64,000 bases of DNA, taken from assembly GCA_964016885.1 (NCBI GenBank), contig OZ024742.1, positions 270,568,001-270,632,000 on the forward strand, read 5' to 3'. Position numbers and translations under genes: made by a program. How positions within the stretch are numbered: position 1 is the stretch's first letter; every line of letters starts with the position of its first letter. Source of the DNA: Eledone cirrhosa. Lineage: Eukaryota. The notes beneath the pieces are model-generated. The model did not search any database and was not told where the DNA came from. It saw nothing but the letters and a program-made list of their open reading frames with translations. This document shows positions 44,964-59,849 of this stretch, in pieces.

Positions 44964-45049
44964 CTTCCTGAAGAATCCGGCGCTCGAGTTTATATAATTA
45001 TTACATAATTATTGGAAAACTCAAAACACGGACGAAACCATGATAGAGG
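44964..45049 (+). ncRNA. Hammerhead motif with intact core and extended stem II
   Basis: cuuc-CUGAAGA-a-uccg...gaguuu/aaacuc...cgga-c-GAAA-CCAUGA-UA-gagg. Confidence 0.68.
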
Positions 45050-45377
45050 TATTTAAATGTATTCTATTTTCTCCTAGTTTATTTTAAACCTAATTCTGTT
45101 TAGTTGACTATATCTAGGCGATTACGCTGTCGAAATTTTCGATAAATATTCCGCTACGGCCGACGCGAAGCGCAACTTTCGGTTATTTGTCGGAGATTCC
45201 TTCATAGAAGCCTCATTCTTATAGCCTGGTCTATTCGATTTTTTATATAGTTAATTATGCTAATTGGGAGAGGAAATAGTACATATTTTATCTTGTGATT
45301 CTATAGACATGTTTTATGATATATATATATATATATATATACTTATATATATATATATACTTATATATATATATATA

Positions 45378-45450
<73 letters not shown>

Positions 45451-46579
45451 CATATATATATATATATATATGTGTAATATATATATATATATATATCCTA
45501 AACAAAAATGATGAAGTGGTAACTGCATGCAAACACATATTGCGGAAGACTTACATCGCCTTCATACCCATAACGATCCGGGTGGGTAGACATGTGCTGA
45601 AACACCCCACTTGCCGAATAAGATAGGGAAAACCCCAACTTATATAGGTAGATGTACGCCTTTTCTTTTCCTCTATATTTTCTTCTCCCCCTTGTCTCCT
45701 CCTATCACTTCTTCCACCACTGAACATCTTCCTCGTTCGATCCATTGTTTTTTTTTCCCTTTCGCCTACCCCGAGGCGCAAATCGGGCGACTTTAGCCTC
45801 AGTAGCCCACCCCAATAACTTATAGATAGCATTCGTCGATTACGCTATACTAACTATTCATAGCAGCTGTGTTAGACCCCAGAGTTGTGGTATTAATTTT
45901 TAATACCCAATTCTAAATTTTCAAAAATTCTCATCTAGCAACACATTCTATAGCATTCGCCAAAAAAGCATAACCAACTAAGTATCGCAGCTGTTGAGAC
46001 TCATTAGTTTTTCTTTTATTTCATTTCTCACTTTCCAATCTTACATTCTGATATATCTGTCACTCATTTTTTATTATATTCTGTTTAATTATATTTTTTT
46101 TTGTCCCCTAATCTTATTTGATTTACTTTTTCTATAACGTCCTTCCTCCTTTTTCTAAAGAAACCCTTTTTCGCCTACCTCCCGTGGCCTACTTTCATAG
46201 ACATTCCTTAGAATTTGCCGTGTAGATTTCACCTTCAACGCTTGACCGGATCGACCCACTCCCCTATTATACTACAGGCAAGCTCAACCACCCCCACCCG
46301 CACCCACTACTATGAAAGACTTTTCTGTGTCTGCTACACATTTTGACCAATCTATTTGACAATTACAATCTTCCCATATAAGGAAGTGCCCCTTGAAAAG
46401 TTCGGCTATTTATTTACCAGACTAATCAACTCTTACTTTAGTCCCGAAATAGCCCTCTAGACGGCTTGAGCTCTGCCGTCGGGGTCATACTTTCTCCTAT
46501 TACACATTCTGCTACCCAAATTGTTGTGTACTCTGATGCGTTATAGTCCATCCGGTTACTTACCACAACTCCTTCGTTA

Positions 46580-47072
<493 letters not shown>

Positions 47073-50000
47073 ATAACTTTGAATAACTTTGAAATGTTTC
47101 GGCCAGTATTGGCCCAGGCCATGTCTAACTTAATACCACCACCTGGCGAAGTCTTTCAATTCAGGATTTGGGCACCATGGCCCATTCGAGAAGAGAATTA
47201 CTGTTTGCGGAGACATATCCGGGTGTGGGTGGTTTGTCCGGGATTACTTGGAGGAATTTGTCCAAAGACTTCTTGAATTTTGTGTGGTCAGTTTCTGTTT
47301 TGACGTGTCCTGGTGTGATGTTGAAGAGAGCAGGGCCGATTGAGGTGAAATAATTGTGCCGTATTGTTGTTATGAGTTGCGATTTAGATTTTTGAATGGG
47401 ACGGATAGCACGGGGCCCAAGCCTTGGGTGTATCTTGAAGGCGATGCCAACATCATTTGGGCAGTGATGATGGAACATTTTCCACATCATGCAGATAATA
47501 TAACGCTCACGGCGACGTTGGAGTGAGTAAAGTTTCAGGTTTTCTAGTCGACCCCAGTAGTCAAGATCTGACATGCCATCTATCTTTTTCGTGATTGCCC
47601 TTTGAGGAGCTTCAAGTTTCATGATACTTTGTTTCGTGTGGGGAGACCACAGTGGACAACAGTATTCAAGGGGTGGTCGGGCAAAAGTAGAGAAGAGAAG
47701 GATAATGGTGTGGGAATCTCTCGACTGGAAGGTTCTGAGGATCCAGGAACACATTCTGCGGGCCATGTCAACTTTGCTGCTTATATGCGTGGCCCAGCTT
47801 ATGTTGCTGTCCACGGTTACTCCCAAGTCTCTGATGTTGTTAGATGCCACGAGAGTTTCCCCGGAGGGAAGGGATTATGGGAGTTTCAGAGCATCCTCTT
47901 TTCCAAAGTGGATCAGTTCGAACTTGTCTTCGTTCAGTAACATGTTGTTCTTTTCCGCCCATTGGGTAACAGCCAGTAGGTCTGACTGAAGGCTTATCCG
48001 GTCATCCACGCCATTGATGACCTTTTGAAGCTTGGAATCATCAGCGAAACTTCTAATGTTGCTGTGTTTGATGATGTCAGTGATGTCATTAATATAGATG
48101 ATGAAGAGAAGTGGGCCCAACACAGTGCCTTGTGGGACCCCACTACTGACTTTGGCTGGGCTGGATTTGACTCCTTCAACTACAACATGTTGGGTTCTGT
48201 TTGACAGGAAGCTCTTGATCCACTGCAGCAGCTTTCCAGTGACACCAATATTGGACAGCTTTCTCAGTAGAATGTTATGATCAACCCTGTCAAAGGCCTT
48301 GCTGAAATCAAGGTAGATAACATCAGTGTTAGAACCCTCTCCCAAGGCTCTCAAAATGTCATCAAAGTGATGCAGTAGCTGCGTCAGGCAATCCCTTCCA
48401 TTACGGAATCCATGCTGGTTGGAGTTCAGCATATTGTTACTCTCAAGGAAGTGGGTCATTCGCGATCTCACCACTCTCTCAAATACCTTAATGATATGAG
48501 AGGTGAGTGAGATTGGACGGTAATTCACGGCAAAGAATTTGTTTCCCTTTTTGAAAACTGGGACAACAGACTGGGATAGAAGGTTTTCTGGCACATATCC
48601 AGCATCCAGTGAGTTCCGCCACAGATTGGCAAGAGGAGATGCAAGTTGGTGTTGACACCCCTTCAAGACACAAGCAAGGAACCTATCGGGACCTACTGCT
48701 GAATTATGCTTGATTTCCTTTATTGCCGCTAAGACATCAGGGGCGCCAAACGTTATGTCCGATAAGGTGTAATGGGGAGTAACATCGCCGATACAGCCCA
48801 GATCGGCCATATCAGGATTGCTGAAAAAAGAGCAGTATTGTTTCTGCAGTATCTCACCCATGGTTTTAGCATTGTCTTGAAGAGTGCCATTTTCATCAAT
48901 TAGAGGGCCAACAGTAGAGCCAGTGATTTTGTGTTTTTTTGCAAATGAAAAGAACACTTTGGGATTGAGTTTGATCTTCTCAATGGCCCAGGCCTCTTCA
49001 GCTCTTCTCTGATTGTTGATGAGGGACATTATGTTGTTTAGGAGGTTATGTTTTTTAATCTCTAGTGATGAAATGGCAGTCAATTTGATGTGTTGCTGCT
49101 GACAGTATTTCAGCTTGTTGATTTTTTTGTTCGTTCTCTTAATTTTTCTGATGAGCGTTTTTCTATTTCTAGGGATTCTGCTCTTAGATTTGTTTATAGT
49201 TCTTAATGGGGTGTGTGTTGCACATATGTTTGTAACAGTGTCCACAAATGTCTGCCAGGACTTTTTGATGTTAGTGGGTGTATGAGTGTGCGTGAAGGAC
49301 CAGTCGACATGTGCAAGATCATGACTGATCGCTTCCCAGTTTGCATTGTGGAAATCCATAGCGTCAAACGGATGGACAGGAGAGATGACATTGGGTTTGT
49401 ATATTGGACGGCGGAATCTCAGATCACTGAGAACCATGTCATGATCAGAGAGTAGAGTTTTCTCCACTGCAATATTGTGGATATTGTCAGTGTGATTGCT
49501 GAAAATTAAGTCTAGGACGTTTTTGTGGCACCTCGTTGGTTCGAGCACCAGTTGGGATAGGAAGAAATCATCCATGAAGTCAAGAAGCGATTCCACTGCT
49601 TCCCTGTCAGAGGTTGAGGCAGAAGAACCTGGTGGCAGGCTGTTTGTGGACCAGTCAACTCCGGGGAGGTTGAAGTCCCCCATCATTAAGATGTTGTGAG
49701 GGTGACACTCTTGGATGAACACTTTATGCTGTTGAGGCATTCCTTGAAGCATGGTACAGGCGTTTGGGGTGGCCTATAGAGCCCAACTACTATTAGGTTG
49801 TTGGTTTGACTGAATACAGTGACTGCTTCACAGTATCCATTAGTGAATATGTCCATAGCCTCTGTTGAGAAAGAATTATGGACATAAATGGCAGTCCCGC
49901 CCTTTCTTCTGTCAGCGCGATCAGCACGGATGGCTTTGACATTTTTCACTTTCACCTCGGCTTCCAAGTGGAGGTTACTGAGATGGGTTTCAGTGAGGAC

Positions 50001-50475
50001 GAAGAAAGGGATGTGGTTTGGATGGACATCAATCCAGTCCTCCAGGAATTTGATCTTCCATTTTTGAGTATTGGTGGAAGGGCTGATGCCTTGGGCGTTA
50101 AGCAAAAATGTAGAGGCGAGAGTGGATGGTTTTAATTGTTTTGGTGTGTTGTTAATTTGTTTGTTTGTTAATGGCAGCAATGGGAGTTTGTGCAGTGGGG
50201 TGATAGTGGAGGGTGGTGCTGGGTGATAGCTCGAATGTTTTTTTCCAGTTCTTTTGCCAGATTCATTATGGCTAAAAAAGAAGAAGTTTCCTGTTTAGAA
50301 GACTGTTGGTGACTGTGGTAGTGGTTATTTTTATGTAGGTTATGGTTTTTGTTTTTGCTTTTATTTTTAATTTTATTTTCATTTGTCCGACGGGTCCCCG
50401 GGAGATGGGTAAAGGGACAATCCCGGTCTAAACACAATCTGTCTCGCAGGGAAAAGCGGCAGATTTGTGGATTCC
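47073..50475 (-). mobile_element. CR1-clade LINE: end of ORF1 plus frameshifted ORF2 (APE endonuclease and RT)
   Basis: [83 protein letters not shown]; tail (TCAAAGTTAT)2. Confidence 0.95.
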
Positions 50476-50481
50476 TTGTTT

Positions 50482-50583
50482 ACATATATTTATATATATA
50501 TATATATATATATATACGTATATATATATATATTTATATATATATATTTATATATATATATATATACGTATATATATATATAT

Positions 50584-50667
<84 letters not shown>

Positions 50668-50815
50668 TATACATATATATATATATACATATATATATAT
50701 ACATATATATATATATACATATATATATATACATATATATATACATATATATATACATATATATATATACACACATATATATATATATACATATATTTAT
50801 ATATATAAATATACG

Positions 50816-50859
<44 letters not shown>

Positions 50860-50878
50860 TTTATATATATATATATAC

Positions 50879-50944
<66 letters not shown>

Positions 50945-50966
50945 ATACGTATATATATATATATGA

Positions 50967-50999
<33 letters not shown>

Positions 51000-51104
51000 T
51001 TTATATATATATATATATATACATATATTTATATATATATATATATATATATATACGTATATATATATATATATATATATATACGTATATATATATATAC
51101 ACAT

Positions 51105-51159
<55 letters not shown>

Positions 51160-51260
51160 TATACATATATATATGTATACATATATATATATATATATAC
51201 ATATATATATACATATATATATACATATATATATACATATATATATATACTTATATATAC

Positions 51261-51339
<79 letters not shown>

Positions 51340-51382
51340 TATATGTATATATATAAATATATATATATAAATATATATATAA

Positions 51383-51443
<61 letters not shown>

Positions 51444-51453
51444 AATATATATA
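50482..51453. repeat. (TA)n array between the two CR1 copies
   Basis: Direct reading. Confidence 0.95.
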
Positions 51454-52836
51454 GATCACTAATAACCCACTTTTTTGAAAGCAACGGCCTGCTAAACTCC
51501 AACCAATATGGGTTCCGTAATGCACGGGACTACCTAACGCAGCTCCCGCATCACTTTGACGATGTTTTGAGAACCTTGGGAGAGGGCCCAAAACAATGAT
51601 GACATCTACCTTGATTTCAGCAAGGCCTTCGGCAGGTTTGATCATAAATTCTACTGAAAGAACTATCCAATGTTGGTGTCTATGGAAGGTACTACAGTGG
51701 ATCAAATGTTTTCTAACAGGCAGAACCCAGCATCTTGTAGTAGACGGAGTAATATCAAGCCCTGCCAAAGTCCGCAGTGGCGTCCCACAATGCACTGGGT
51801 TGGGCCCACTTCTTTTCATCATGTACATTAATGACATTACTGACATCATCAAACACAGTAACATCAGAATCTTCGCAGATGATTCCAAGCTCCAAAGGGT
51901 CATCAGTGAGGTGGGTGACCGGACTTGCCTTCAGTCAGACCCAGACCTACTGGCTGTTATCCAATGTGCAGAGATGAATAATATGCTGTTGAATGAGGAT
52001 AAATTTTAACTAATCTACTTTGGAAAAAAGGATGCTCTGAAACTACCATACTCTCTTCTTTCGGGTGAAAATCTGGTGTCTTCCAATAACATCAGAGAAC
52101 TGGGAGTAATTGTGGACAACAATATAAGCGGGGCCACTCATATAAACAGCAAAGTTGATATGGCCCGCAGAATGTGTTCCTGGATTCTCAGATCTTTCCA
52201 GTCGAGAGATAACCACACTGTTGTCCTTCTCTTCTCCACATTTACCCGACCCCACCTTGAATACTGTTGTCCTCTGTGGTCACCCCACAGGAGACAAAGT
52301 ATCATAAAAGTTGAAGAACCCCAAAGTTCAATTACAAAAAAGATAGTTGGCATGACAGGCCTTGAGTATTGGGGTCGATTAGAAAAGTTCAAACTGTATT
52401 CTCTTCAACGTCGCCGTGAGCGCTACATTATCTGTATGATGTGGAAAATATTCCATCAGCTTAGCCCAAATGATGTTGGCATCATCTTTAGTGTACACCC
52501 AAGGCTTGGGCACCGTGCTATCCGCCCAGGACAAAAATCTCACTCTCATCACATAACAACAATACGGCACAATTATTTCACCTCAATTGGCCCTGCACTC
52601 TTTAACATTACACCAAAACACATCAAAGCAGAAACAGACCACATCAGGTTCAATAATTCTTTGGATATATTCCTTCAAGAAATCCCGGATAAGCCTCCTA
52701 CACCCGGATATGCCTCCGTAAACAACAACTCTCTGCTCGAGTGGGCCATGGTGCCCAAACACTGATTTGTAAGACTTCGCCAGGTTGTGCTATTAAGTTA
52801 GACATGGCCGAAATCTATCAAAGTTATCAAAGTTAT
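51454..52836 (+). mobile_element. Second, 5'-truncated CR1-clade copy of a related subfamily
   Basis: [20 protein letters not shown]; ORF 52076..52765 is colinear with 47161..47850; same tcaaagttat tail. Confidence 0.94.
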
Positions 52837-52870
52837 ATATATATAAATATATATGTATATATAAATATAT

Positions 52871-55020
52871 AGTAGAATAATCGAGTATCGAAAAATCGGC
52901 GCACGAGTTCACGATAAACAAAATTGGAGATGAGCCGCAGAGGGCTCTATAATTCAAATAAATCAGAGCTATAACTATCGTTAAAATACCGTCACACGTA
53001 GAATATGTCTACAATCAACCAAATAACCTAAATATTTCGATATGGAAGATTCGGGACACTCAGATAATTTATCAATAAATCAATAAATGAAATGAATGTA
53101 AAAAGCATACCCGGACCCACTAGAGAGATGGTATATCTAGCTTCTTGGGTTTCTGTAAATCCTTAAACCGTCCTCTATCAGCTCACATAAAAATATAAGA
53201 CTTACAGACAACGGGGGACTGGAGTTACTGCTTCAACGAGCTTTTGTCCGAACGGATGAAAAGACAAAACCCAGGCTAAAAATACGCACATGGATTTCAG
53301 CAAGGGAGATAACCTTTATATCCGCAAAAAATATTCGGAAAAATGTGGAATAACACATATCGAATAAGAGTGCTCAATAGACATGTTAAAATAAACATGA
53401 GCTATTCATCATTTAATAGAATCGACAAAAAAGAACAATAAAATTAACTGGTCAATAGCTAGGTCTAGAGCTAAATATAGTAGAATAATCGAGTATCGAA
53501 AAATCGGCGCACGAGTTCACGATAAACAAAATTCGAGATGAGCGGCAGAGGGCTCTATAATTCAAATAAATCAGAGCTATAACTATCGTTAAAATACCGT
53601 CACACGTAGAATATGTCTACAATCAACCAAATAACCGAAATATTTCGATATGGAAGATTCGGGACACTCAGATAATTTATCAATAAATCAATAAATGAAA
53701 TGAATGTAAAAAGCATACCCGGACCCACTAGAGAGATGGTATATCTAGCTTCTTGGGTTTCTGTAAATCCTTAAACCGTCCTCTATCAGCTCACATAAAA
53801 ATATAAGACTTACAGACAACGGGGGACTGGAGTTACTGCTTCAACGAGCTTTTGTCCGAACGGATGAAAAGACAAAACCCAGGCTAAAAATACGCACATG
53901 GATTTCAGCAAGGGAGATAACCTTTATATCCGCAAAAAATATTCGGAAAAATGTGGAATAACACATATCGAATAAGAGTGCTCAATAGACATGTTAAAAT
54001 AAACATGAGCTATTCATCATTTAATAGAATCGACAAAAAAGAACAATAAAATTAACTGGTCAATAGCTAGGTCTAGAGCTAAATATAGTAGAATAATCGA
54101 GTATCGAAAAATCGGCGCACGAGTTCACGATAAACAAAATTCGAGATGAGCGGCAGAGGGCTCTATAATTCAAATAAATCAGAGCTATAACTATCGTTAT
54201 AATACCGTCACACGTAGAATATGTCTACAATCAACCAAATAACCGAAAAATTTCGATATGGAAGATTCGGGACACTCAGATAAATTATCAATAAATCAAT
54301 AAATGAAATGAATGTAAAAAGCATACCCGGACCCACTAGAGAGATGGTATATCTAGCTTCTTGGGTTTCTGTAAATCCTTAAACCGTCCTCTATCAGCTC
54401 ACATAAAAATATAAGACTTACAGACAACGGGGGACTGGAGTTACTGCTTCAACGAGCTTTTGTCCGAACGGATGAAAAGACAAAACCCAGGCTAAAAATA
54501 CGCACATGGATTTCAGCAAGGGAGATAACCTTTATATCCGCAAAAAATATTCGGAAAAATGTGGAATAACACATATCGAATAAGAGTGCTCAATAGACAT
54601 GTTAAAATAAACATGAGCTATTCATCATTTAATAGAATCGACAAAAAAGAACAATAAAATTAACTGGTCAATAGCTAGGTCTAGAGCTAAATATAGTAGA
54701 ATAATCGAGTATCGAAAAATCGGCGCACGAGTTCACGATAAACAAAATTCGAGATGAGCGGCAGAGGGCTCTATAATTCAAATAAATCAGAGCTATAACT
54801 ATCGTTATAATACCGTCACACGTAGAATATGTCTACAATCAACCAAATAACCGAAAAATTTCGATATGGAAGATTCGGGACACTCAGATAAATTATCAAT
54901 AAATCAATAAATGAAATGAATGTAAAAAGCATACCCGGACCCACTAGAGAGATGGTATATCTAGCTTCTAGGTTTTCTGTAAATCCTTAAACAGTCCTCT
55001 ATCAGCTCACATAAAAATAT
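52871..55020 (+). repeat. 608-bp tandem array, ~3.5 near-identical units
   Basis: Unit start agtagaataatcgag at 52871, 53479, 54087 and 54695; the last unit stops after ~326 bp; bounded by (TA)n. Confidence 0.96.
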
Positions 55021-55023
55021 TTA

Positions 55024-55055
<32 letters not shown>

Positions 55056-55062
55056 AATATAT

Positions 55063-55691
<629 letters not shown>

Positions 55692-55752
55692 AGCTTACAT
55701 TTCTAATAATTTAAAATCCTCTCGCCGTTACAAAAATATTCATACATAAATA

Positions 55753-55789
<37 letters not shown>

Positions 55790-55794
55790 ATAAT

Positions 55795-56000
55795 TGTTTC
55801 TACTTTAGGCACAAGGCCATCAATTAGCCAGTGCATTACTGGTACTTTATTTTATCGACCCCGTAAGGATAAAAAGCAAAGTCAACCTCGGCGGGATTTG
55901 AACTCAGATCGTAAAGGGACGTAACTATGCTGGAAAGCATGGCGTCCGACCCTCTACCGATACTGCCAATACACCGCCCTTTACTGCCAATCCACCGCCC
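55795..56000 (-). mobile_element. SINE copy with TSD and duplicated 5' end
   Basis: Reverse complement of 58371-58555; TSD-like tatatatagtaataat on both sides. Confidence 0.9.
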
Positions 56001-56100
56001 TATATATAGTAATAATAATAATAAATTTGGATTTTAGATCCGAAGAAGGGCTCGATAAGGATAAATATATATCAAATATATGAGAACTGTGGAGCAAATA

Positions 56101-56326
56101 ATTGTTTTTCACCGCTCCTATTAATGACGTATTATATTCGTTTTTTCCCGTTCTTTGCCAGGGAACGATTCCACGAACCAAAGTCTTCCTGGCTTCCTCC
56201 GGTTGCAACGTTTTTTTGAAATATACACTTCTGCGTTTACAGATTGACTTTGTTAGTTTCAGAAGATCTCGTTAAGGGTGAAAGCAGTGATTCTTTGCTT
56301 AAACTTTAATCTGTTATTTTAATAAA
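56101..56326 (+). mobile_element. Second copy of the 44280-44510 repeat
   Basis: Colinear match ending aataaa-(TA)n. Confidence 0.82.
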
Positions 56327-56507
56327 TATATATATATATATATATATATAAATATATTACAATTTAAAACAATATGATCAACACTAATGCGTTGTTTTTT
56401 TTGCAAAATGACAATAATTAGTGTTGATCATATTTTTTTAAATTGTAATGTAATGCTCAGAAGTATTTTCTTAGAATTTAATATTTGTAATTGACTACTA
56501 AACTGAA

Positions 56508-57042
<535 letters not shown>

Positions 57043-57412
57043 ATTAGAATTGGAGCTCTGAAATAGCAATATATATGTGGAGATAAGCCGACAAGTCTTG
57101 TTTCGCTTTGGTTGAAACTTATCAAGGCCAACTACCCCTCCTGTCTACCGAGATCACTGATGTTATATTCTTATAGAAATCTAGTAAATAACCAGGAGCT
57201 GATTATGCAGAGCGGTTGTTGGTCAGGCAGAAATAAAAAAATTAGAATTGGAGCTCTGAAATAGCAATATATATATGTATATATAATGTATTTTGCAATA
57301 CACTTTATGCTTAATTAAAAGCATTTTGAAGACCGTAAGCTATTGTTTTAAAGTAGTGACAAATTCACTCACTTTGATCTCAGCAAACAGGGGAGATAAG
57401 CCGACAAGTCTT
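57043..57412. repeat. Interleaved short direct repeats with a degenerate HHR
   Basis: attagaattggagctctgaaatagcaatatatat at 57043 and 57241; ggagataagccgacaagtctt at 57079 and 57392; minus 57087-57128 gcc-UUGAUAA-guuu..aagc-GAAA-caagacuug-UC-ggc. Confidence 0.7.
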
Positions 57413-57825
57413 AATGAATCGAGATAGTAATCATTATCTTCCATAGTAAAATACAACAGTTATCAGTTGTGACACCAAGAATAACTATTGCATGCAGTTG
57501 CCATACTCATACCAAAATAATGATAAATACAAAAAGGTGAAGACTAAACAGGACGATCTCGAATTCGATTAGAATCTACAGAAATCTATAGAATTCTATA
57601 GCAATCTTCGATTATGTTCCTGGGACCCCTAGGAGTTACATCAGAATGTGTCTAATGCATATGCAGTACCTACGTGTATCCCTATGAAGGAACTAGTGCT
57701 CCCTTCTGAAGGATTTGTTCCCTAGTATCCATCCCCAAACTAGGTTTGTTGACACACACACGTATACACACATACACACACACGCACGCACACACAAACA
57801 CACACACACACAAACACACACACAT

Positions 57826-57902
<77 letters not shown>

Positions 57903-58370
57903 TGTTGAACTAGAATGACATGTTGAAATCTGTGAGTAAATATTTTCATACAATGATTGGCTGGTTTATGTATTTAGTCCATTATTTGGAATTTCCAATA
58001 ATAACTTTAATCCCATGTTTATTCCTCGTAACTATATAATGAGACGTGAATTAGTATGTTGATCATTTAAATCTATAGTACAGATATAATTGCTCAGTAC
58101 TCGGAATGGGATCTATCACATTGAAAACAACAATTACCATAGAAATTGTCCCAATTTTGACATACATATTGCTATCATGCCACGAAGGATTATATTACAG
58201 ACATAAAAAAGAAATTAAATGCCATAAGAATTTCTGACTTGTTTTCTTTCCCAATTGCTTTAATAAACGGCTTATGTGAAACATCATGCAATTGTGACGC
58301 ATATATTGTTTATTTTAAGCGCAAGATAGGAACTCTGTTACTTACATTCTGGTATTATTAATCTAGTCAG

Positions 58371-58555
58371 AGGGCGGTGGATTGGCAGTATCGGTAGAGG
58401 GTCGGACGCCATGCTTTCCAGCATAGTTACGTCCCTTTACGATCTGAGTTTAAATCCCGCTAAGGTTGACTTTGCCTTTCATCCTTACGGTGTCGATAAA
58501 ATAAAGTACCAGTAATGCACTGGTGATTGCTGGCTTTGTGCCTAAAGTAGAAGCA
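58371..58555 (+). mobile_element. Full-length SINE with 17-bp TSD
   Basis: A-box-like tggcagtatcgg, B-box-like gagtttaaatcc; TSD attattaatctagtcag at 58354-58370 and 58556-58572. Confidence 0.92.
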
Positions 58556-59849
58556 ATTATTAATCTAGTCAGTGTGGTTTATGTTATTCATCTAATGTAT
58601 AAGGTAAAATGAAGAAGGAAATATATATCTGTGTCTTGTTGTTCTTGAAGGTGTTAGTCTTTGTAGCATGATTAGATTAGTAGTCACAAAATATCAAAAT
58701 ATGAGAATATGAAATATATTATATCTGGATAGAATTTGGTCGTTTCTGCATATTCATCATATCATCTGTGGAAAGACATAATGTTGACATAGAATTTACA
58801 TTCTATCATAGTTGTATTGTAAATGGACGAATGTTTATCTAACATTCGAATGTACGTTTTAGCTGTCAAGCGGTCTATTTTACTGCGGAAGTGCTGCATA
58901 TGTTCTCATAAGAAAGCAGTAGGTTAATATGAATATCACGCTTGATTTAAGAGGTGGTTAAATGTATTAGAGCCAAATACATTTCTCAACTGCTCAGCTA
59001 AGATCCGAAATAGCCGATTGTGTATGTGTTAAACACCATTCGCCTTGAAGCTTTTATAAATTCACTGTCTTATTAAAAGCAAATATGTACTATTAATAAG
59101 TAATACTCAATTCCAGAAGCACGAGACGAAACACATAATAGAAGTGAGATGCAATTGCATAACTCAAGGAAGGGCTGATACAGAATTTACCAAAATCTGT
59201 AATCACCAACCTTAGTCTACAACAATATTGTCCACTCTCAACTAAATAAAATTATTTTTTCTTTCGTTATTTCGCAGCGGAGCAAGAAGGATATAGATTC
59301 ACCACTCCTTCCTAGCATTGAGTCAAAGTTATTAATCATATAGCTAATAGTAATTTTTAATTAGTCCTTATAAATATCAGTTGGATACCGTGAAATGTGG
59401 TGGCAGTTTTGGTATATATTGCTCTTCTTCGATGGTTGTAGTTTCACCGCAGTAGATCAGTGTATGGTCTTTAGCTAACTCTGTAGGTAACGTGACATCT
59501 ACCATCTAAATCTCATCGATCTTGTCTGGCTAGTTTAGTAGTTTTTCTTGTCTCTCTTGTTGATTTTAGTTCTTCATTCATCTTAATATTTTGTTAAGAT
59601 GTTTTTTTTTTGTATATATTTAGAGCATATTTTGTTTCTTCCTGAAGGATTTTAAAGAAATCTATTTTCTCCTTTGGTGTGGTGATATTTTGCATCTCAT
59701 TAAAATGTACGCGTTTCCGCGTGTAAAGTTCGTTCATTTTTTAATACGCTCTTCTTTTCATATATATTATTAGCCTTTGTTTTAGTTTTCGATGATACAC
59801 AACAGATCGACGACGAAACAGAAGCACAGTTCACGATAGCTAGGAATCT

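Noticed and set aside
52871-55020. CRISPR-like array or coding repeat (LNRHVKINMSYS resembles PLE KISYS)
   Set aside because: No unique spacers, eukaryotic context, and the peptide match is too short to support.
58371-58470. tRNA gene
   Set aside because: A/B boxes belong to a multi-copy SINE with tail and TSD; no cloverleaf.
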